DNA from: a virus
Strand: one strand, 5' to 3'
IMG/VR virus record: IMGVR_UViG_3300045988_137103
DNA: 64,000 nucleotides
Under the pieces are notes generated by a model. It saw only the letters and a list, made by a program, of their open reading frames with translations, had not been told where the DNA came from and did no database searches. Position numbers and translations under genes: made by a program. Positions 59,222 through 64,000 of this stretch are shown piece after piece. Position 1 is the first letter of the stretch. Each line of letters opens with the position of its first letter.

Positions 59222-60802
59222 TTACGCTGCCTCCAAAATCTGCTCATCTGTAACGCCATCACCAGTGAAGACTGGGCGGGCTACACGCGCATGAGCATCA
59301 GGGAAGGTCAGTACCCAGCAGCTATACTCCTCCATCACAACACCTGCAGTATTACGAATCAAGAGATCCTTGGCGTTAAACTCGTTTCTGCTCCATACAC
59401 CAAATACGTATTTGTCAAGATAACGAGCATCCAGCAAGAACGCTCTACCATCCATACCCCAGGAGTTAAAAGCATCGTGACGATAAATCAGTATCTTTGT
59501 ACCCATGCTCTCGAACTTCTCAAAATCAAGTTTCCATCCCTGATAATCCTTTTCGGTCTGTGTAATGATGCGCTTATTAGAACGAAGATTTGCAAATGCC
59601 TGATAAATCAAGTTGTCAACGAAGAGAAGTTTCGTACGGCTGGAGTTACCAGCACCCTTCAATACTGCTGCAATAAAAGCAGAAAGTTCCTTCTCGCTGA
59701 TCACATACTCATATACTGTTTTTTCCTGCTCTACAGTTTCGCCATCGGAACCACCTGGCTTAGGTACTTTTACCTTTGCCTTTACAATTTCACCATTCTC
59801 ATCTTTCTTGACAGCCCAATGGCCAATCTGCAAGTCCTTGCCTGCTTCCCAGTAAATACCGCCCATGGTATAGGTCAAACCAACTTTCTCGCCACCATTC
59901 GACATGCTCTTTACACCGAACAGACCACTTCGCTCCTGGCCATAACGCATATCGTCCATAGCCATTTTTTCCTGTCGTGTGAAGTCCCATTTTACCTGAG
60001 TCTTACTCATGCGGTTGATAAGAGACTCCTCAACCTGCATGATAAATCGCTGGCAATACTGGAAACTCTTATCTGGCATAGAGTAATAACTACCAGTTTC
60101 AACCTCTTTCTCGCCTGCGGCTCTTCCGAGGCGCATCAGAGTTGTACCTACCGGAATATTGTCTTCAAAGTCACGGTTGCCACGCGAAGGGTTTTTCTTT
60201 CCATTCAGAGCGTAGGCAATAGGGTTATTGTCATTATCATGGCTGATTACACGGAACTGAAGAGGAATCAAAGTGCTCTTGTTTGTACCAGTCTCGTCAT
60301 AGCCATAGATGCCATCTACCATAATAACATCACCATTATCGAAAGCTGCCGGATTCTCCACGATGAAAGTTACAGAGTTACCATTGGTCTGCTTATTAAC
60401 CTGAGTAGTAAGTTTTGACATGATAGGCTTCTGACCGATAGAATAGTATTCTACTCGAACAGAGTCGATAGGAGTCATCTTCTTGGATGCACGTAAAATC
60501 TGATCAATAGGACAACTCTCCAGTTTCATCTCTACGACTGTTGGGTTAACGTGAGCAACATAGTAATCCCAGTTACCCATAGCTTCCTGCTGCTCCTGGC
60601 TACCACCCTGCCACTGAGGACCAGAGCCACCTACACCGGGACCATCCAAAGGACCTGTCGCACCACCGCCACCTGCACCAGCAGGAATACCACCACCTGG
60701 TACAGGTGGAGCCGTTTCAGCCATTGCATAAGAACTTCCACCACTAAGGATCATGACGAGCACCGCCATCATGAAACCAAACCATTTCTTAAACTGTTTC
60801 AT
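59222..60802 (-). CDS. Major capsid protein candidate (526 aa) with an atypical signal-peptide-like, Gly-rich N-terminus
   Basis: Position directly after a scaffold-like gene, and a size compatible with an HK97-fold capsid protein. The first 75 aa are a hydrophobic helix followed by G/P-rich low complexity. Confidence 0.55.
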   Translation of the reverse strand: MKQFKKWFGFMMAVLVMILSGGSSYAMAETAPPVPGGGIPAGAGGGGATGPLDGPGVGGSGPQWQGGSQEQQEAMGNWDYYVAHVNPTVVEMKLESCPIDQILRASKKMTPIDSVRVEYYSIGQKPIMSKLTTQVNKQTNGNSVTFIVENPAAFDNGDVIMVDGIYGYDETGTNKSTLIPLQFRVISHDNDNNPIAYALNGKKNPSRGNRDFEDNIPVGTTLMRLGRAAGEKEVETGSYYSMPDKSFQYCQRFIMQVEESLINRMSKTQVKWDFTRQEKMAMDDMRYGQERSGLFGVKSMSNGGEKVGLTYTMGGIYWEAGKDLQIGHWAVKKDENGEIVKAKVKVPKPGGSDGETVEQEKTVYEYVISEKELSAFIAAVLKGAGNSSRTKLLFVDNLIYQAFANLRSNKRIITQTEKDYQGWKLDFEKFESMGTKILIYRHDAFNSWGMDGRAFLLDARYLDKYVFGVWSRNEFNAKDLLIRNTAGVVMEEYSCWVLTFPDAHARVARPVFTGDGVTDEQILEAA

Positions 60803-60842
60803 AATCTATACATTTAAAATTATTAATTATAAATTTCTTATT

Positions 60843-61655
60843 CTACATTCCAATCATCTTGCTGTACACCTGTTCTGTACGGCTCTTTTCCTTTGGGAGT
60901 GAAGGCGCACCACCGCCACCATCGATATTGATGTTCTTCTTGCCTCCCTGTTTGCCATCATGCAGTTGTTTCTGCTGGTCAATCTTCTCATTCTTACCAC
61001 GCTTGTAGCCTCGCTCTTCTGCATCAGCCACAGCCTTGTCGAAGTCCTTGATCTGGAAGAGGCGTAAGAAGTCTTCCTTTTTCAAGCCATAACGAGCTGC
61101 ACGCCATACGAAACCATCATCATCGTGATCCTCGCCATCATCGCTACGCTTGTAAAGCCATTCTATCAAATCACTAATCGCCTCAGGCTTCAATTTCGCT
61201 TCTTTAATAGCTGCGTCAAGTTCGGCATCTTCCTGCTCCATATTGGCAGCAAGTTGCTCATTGTCCTTTGCTAGTTTCTCGCTGGCTTCAAGTTTCTCTT
61301 TCTCGCTAGCTTTCAAACGTGCTTTAGCCTTCTCATCACCATTGATGGCATCAACATAGTCCTGACCCAACTCATCAATAATGAAATCGATAAAATTGAA
61401 GTCGCTGCCATCGGCATTTTTCTTGGTCACAAGACCTGTCACCAGACTTGGAGCATGAGGGTTGTCCTGCAACATTTTGTTGAAGTCATCCATTTTTTGC
61501 TTATTCTGGTCATACTGGTCGTAATCGGTCGAAAGTTGACCATAAACAGCCTCATCATCGTCCATATTCAAGTCCGGATAACGCTGAGCAAGACGCTCTC
61601 GGAAAGAATCTCGCTTTGACTTAACATTCTGATTATCAATAGTTTCTTTTGCCAT
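60843..61655 (-). CDS. Scaffolding protein candidate (270 aa)
   Basis: Highly acidic and helical with a coiled-coil centre (KARLKASEKEKLEASEKLAKDNEQLAANMEQE). First gene after a late promoter and immediately upstream of the capsid candidate. Confidence 0.5.
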   Translation of the reverse strand: MAKETIDNQNVKSKRDSFRERLAQRYPDLNMDDDEAVYGQLSTDYDQYDQNKQKMDDFNKMLQDNPHAPSLVTGLVTKKNADGSDFNFIDFIIDELGQDYVDAINGDEKAKARLKASEKEKLEASEKLAKDNEQLAANMEQEDAELDAAIKEAKLKPEAISDLIEWLYKRSDDGEDHDDDGFVWRAARYGLKKEDFLRLFQIKDFDKAVADAEERGYKRGKNEKIDQQKQLHDGKQGGKKNINIDGGGGAPSLPKEKSRTEQVYSKMIGM

Positions 61656-61681
61656 AAATATTCATTTTTAATATTTGTGTG

Positions 61682-61726
61682 CTAAATTAAGGAAAATTTC
61701 GCATAACTTATTGATAAAATGCGCAA
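61682..61726 (-). promoter_or_regulatory. Late promoter of the scaffold/capsid/tail operon
   Basis: On the minus strand, TTGCGCAT-TTTATCA (octamer 61719-61726), with TAATTTAG (61682-61689) exactly 29 nt after the octamer. Confidence 0.55.
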
Positions 61727-61736
61727 GTTGCTATAT

Positions 61737-61744
61737 TAACTTTG
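61737..61744 (+). promoter_or_regulatory. -7 box TAACTTTG for the packaging operon
   Basis: Matches TAnnTTTG, 5 nt upstream of the ATG at 61750. This implies a leaderless or very short-leader mRNA. Confidence 0.4.
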
Positions 61745-61749
61745 CTAGC

Positions 61750-62181
61750 ATGAAACATAAAAATTCTATATCCCAAATAAACCCGATACGAGACCGTGAA
61801 ATGATCATCCTCTATCGCAAGGCTCTCGAAGTGGTAGAATATCCTACTACTACGGATAAGATATGCGAAGTTGTTTCATCGCTACCTACCACCTGCTACT
61901 ATATCTCAGATACATCAGCATTCAGGTACGTTTCGCTGCGTCTCAAAGGTATCATTCCTAAGTTCGATTTGGCTTCCTATCGCAAACAGCAATTATATGA
62001 AGCTCTGTATGAAGAAGTGCTCAGACTTAGGGAACAGCGAAGGGAAAAATCTCCATGCTTGTATAAACTGGTAGACTTAGCCCTGGAGCGGCCTGCTCCG
62101 TGCTTGGGGCTTTCTCCTCGTACCATCAGGCAGAAACTTTCTGCCTATTTCAATCAAAATCGAAAAAACGATTCCAAATAG
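61750..62181 (+). CDS. Hypothetical protein upstream of terL (small terminase candidate by position)
   Basis: Start chosen at ATG 61750 (MKHKNSI) rather than TTG at 61675. First gene of the operon containing terL. No diagnostic motif. Confidence 0.55.
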   Translation: MKHKNSISQINPIRDREMIILYRKALEVVEYPTTTDKICEVVSSLPTTCYYISDTSAFRYVSLRLKGIIPKFDLASYRKQQLYEALYEEVLRLREQRREKSPCLYKLVDLALERPAPCLGLSPRTIRQKLSAYFNQNRKNDSK

Positions 62182-62194
62182 TAATATTCTGTCT

Positions 62195-62674
62195 ATGCGA
62201 ACATTATATATAACTCTCATCTGTATTTTTCTGATGGCTATCATCGTACCGCTACATGCCTCGCTGGCTGTGTCTCCATCATCGCCATTATACACCCATT
62301 TCGCCTATATGTTCGGTCATGCCAACTTTATACACTGGGGTATCAACGGCTGGTGCATATTGATGGTTCATCATCAGTTCCGCTTCCATCGCCTACTGGC
62401 AGCATGGCTCTGCTCGGTGTTGTTGTCGTTCATATACTATCCGGCATTACCTGTATTGGGTGCATCCGTATTGATTTCTTTCTTCATGGGATTCTCTGCG
62501 CAATGGTATTATCGGTATCACCGCATCTACTTCTGGCAGATGGTGCTCGGTATGGCTATAGGTTTCCTTCTCCCTTACATAGCTGGTATCTTCCACATAG
62601 TTCTATTCTGTTTAGGTTTCATCTATGCCAAGGCAGAGAGATTTATCCGACATGCCAATACACTTAACATTTAA
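62195..62674 (+). CDS. Rhomboid-family intramembrane serine protease-like protein (159 aa, 6 TM)
   Basis: HANFIHWGIN matches the rhomboid TM2 signature HxxxxHxxxN exactly. LGASVLISFFMG fits the TM4 GxS motif and GIFHIVLFCLG the TM6 His. Spacings are N51 to S91 to H134. Confidence 0.5.
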   Translation: MRTLYITLICIFLMAIIVPLHASLAVSPSSPLYTHFAYMFGHANFIHWGINGWCILMVHHQFRFHRLLAAWLCSVLLSFIYYPALPVLGASVLISFFMGFSAQWYYRYHRIYFWQMVLGMAIGFLLPYIAGIFHIVLFCLGFIYAKAERFIRHANTLNI

Positions 62675-62704
62675 CATTCAACACTTACATTATTATATAT
62701 AACG

Positions 62705-63999
62705 AATGCCAGTAGCAAAATCCTCCTTAAAGGTTCGACCTCAGCAGCAGATTTCAGAAAAGAAGCTCAAAGAGATTCTTGAAGAAGATAAGAGAAGACT
62801 CCAAAGTCTCCTCGCTACTTATCGTCCAATTACAGGAGAGAATGCCCCTGGTCTCCGCTTTGAATGTGTCATCACAGACTTCCTAAAGGGAAAGAAACTC
62901 TGGCTCCCGGTAGAAATGCTGAAGGAAAAGAAGTTCTGCGCTATCATTAAGTGCGGATCTATTGAGGCTTTCTGCGATAAGTACATGCCGGATTATGATC
63001 AGGAGAAGGCACGTGATGCTGTCTTCCGCTATCTCATCCGCCTGCGCTGTAAGCACGATTTCTACTTCTTTGCATACGCCTACGCCCGAATCAAAAATAA
63101 GGATGGTGGTGAAGATATTCCTTTTCTTCTTCGCAATGCCCAGATTAAACTAGCCAAGGTATTCGAACAGTTGCGCCTTCATAGTCAGTACCACTATATC
63201 CGTGTCATTCTCTTGAAGTGCCGCCAATGGGGTGGTTCTACCCTTACCGACATCTACATGGCATGGCTGCAGATCTTCTGGAAGACAAACTGGAATAGTA
63301 ATATCGTTGGCCACCAGTCTTCATCTGCCACACAGGTATTCGATATGTACGAGAAGTTAATTAATGCCATTCCTACATGGCTCTTCTACGACATTGGTGT
63401 ACCATTCAAGAACGACCCTCGCAAAATCAAGACATCAGGAACCATACAGAATATCAAGTATCTCATTCCACGCGATTGCAAGATACAGACTGGTTCTGCC
63501 CGTAACCCAGAATCTTGTCGTTCTGGTGATGCTGCTCTTGCTCATATTACTGAGGAAGCCTTCTTCCCTAACACCACAGAGTGGACTCCAGCTAAGGTTA
63601 TTAAGGCTGCATCATCATCTATCCAACCGGATCCTCTAACCTTTATTGTCAGAGAGTCAACGCCAAACGGACGAGAAAACGAGTTCCACGATGCCTGGGT
63701 AGCTGCAAACTCAGTAGATAAGGATGGTAAACCTCTGTCAGCATTTACTCCTGTCTTCGTGGCATGGTTCGAAATTGAAAAATATATATTGCCATTTGCT
63801 TCCGAGGATGAACGTGCCGATTTCGCCATCTGGCTGTGGAAGAATCGCAATGACGAGCAAGGTCATGGTAAGTACTATTGGTGGCTCTACGAATGTAAAG
63901 GAGCATCTTTCGAGGGCATCCATTGGTATATTGAGAAGTCCAAGGAGTATGAGACTCTTGACGATATGCGTCAGGAGTTCCCTTCTGATGATGTAGAAG
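62705..63999 (+). CDS. terL: Terminase large subunit, N-terminal ATPase half (3' end cut by the window; absent from the ORF track)
   Basis: I translated this frame by hand from ATG 62705 to the last base and found no stop. Walker A-like LLKCRQWGGST, Walker B-like ALAHITEEAF and coupling motif ESTPNG are present. Confidence 0.8.
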
Positions 64000-64000
64000 C

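Noticed and set aside
59291-60418. A 375-aa plus-strand ORF antisense to the capsid candidate.
   Set aside because: Low-complexity Leu/Ile/Ser/Cys-rich translation nested inside a co-oriented structural operon on the other strand. It has no independent start context.
1-63999. Assignment to crAss-like phages, and use of an alternative genetic code.
   Set aside because: The TerL Walker A region resembles what I recall from crAss-like terminases. However, the window lacks the hallmark RNA polymerase, DNA polymerase and primase modules and is too small. Very long ORFs, including the 5,476-codon one, are intact under the standard code, so there is no evidence of stop-codon reassignment.

Overview
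The window is a near-complete (~64 kb) genome of a temperate, podovirus-like phage of a Bacteroidota host. The host assignment rests on Bacteroides-type TAnnTTTG -7 promoter boxes, a Bacteroides-style tyrosine integrase, and DUF4494-like and DUF1566-like proteins. All domain calls come from motifs read by eye; no searches were run.

The large terminase is split across the window ends: the ATPase half is at 62705-63999 and the nuclease half at 1-495. This suggests a circular or permuted assembly missing only a few hundred nt.

Modules:
- Packaging and portal: 61750-64000, 1-3256.
- A three-gene minus-strand operon (22371 down to 4098) ending in one 5,476-codon polyvalent ORF. It carries zincin-like motifs, a pyrophosphatase-like segment and a C5 cytosine methyltransferase core.
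- Lysogeny and moron module: 22523-26772 (integrase, secreted and membrane proteins, XRE repressor).
- Plus-strand early block: 26918-38366. It holds an ASCH-like protein, a stand-alone C5 methyltransferase with a fully nested +1-frame ORF, an initiator-like gene carrying GGGCAC iterons, a VRR-NUC nuclease and a DUF4494-like protein.
- Plus-strand late block: 38481-42911, including a 968-aa protein.
- Lysis cassette: 44630-46208 (holin, GH19 endolysin, unimolecular spanin).
- Minus-strand structural block: 46419-61655 (scaffold-like protein, capsid candidate, tail or fibre proteins).
- A complete diversity-generating retroelement at 50435-53272, ordered target, avd, TR, RT, with 15 of 15 adenine-specific TR/VR mismatches.

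Non-coding signals found by eye:
- A late-promoter architecture, TTGCGCAA-nTTATCA-N22-TAnnTTTG, with the -7 box exactly 29 nt after the octamer. It is used six times and is bidirectional at two sites.
- Four copies of a hairpin with conserved flanks and compensatory stem changes.
- A tRNA-like element.
- Conserved TAGCGTATG gene junctions.

No tape measure, tail tube or sheath, DNA polymerase, RNA polymerase or CRISPR array was seen. There is no sign of stop-codon reassignment.
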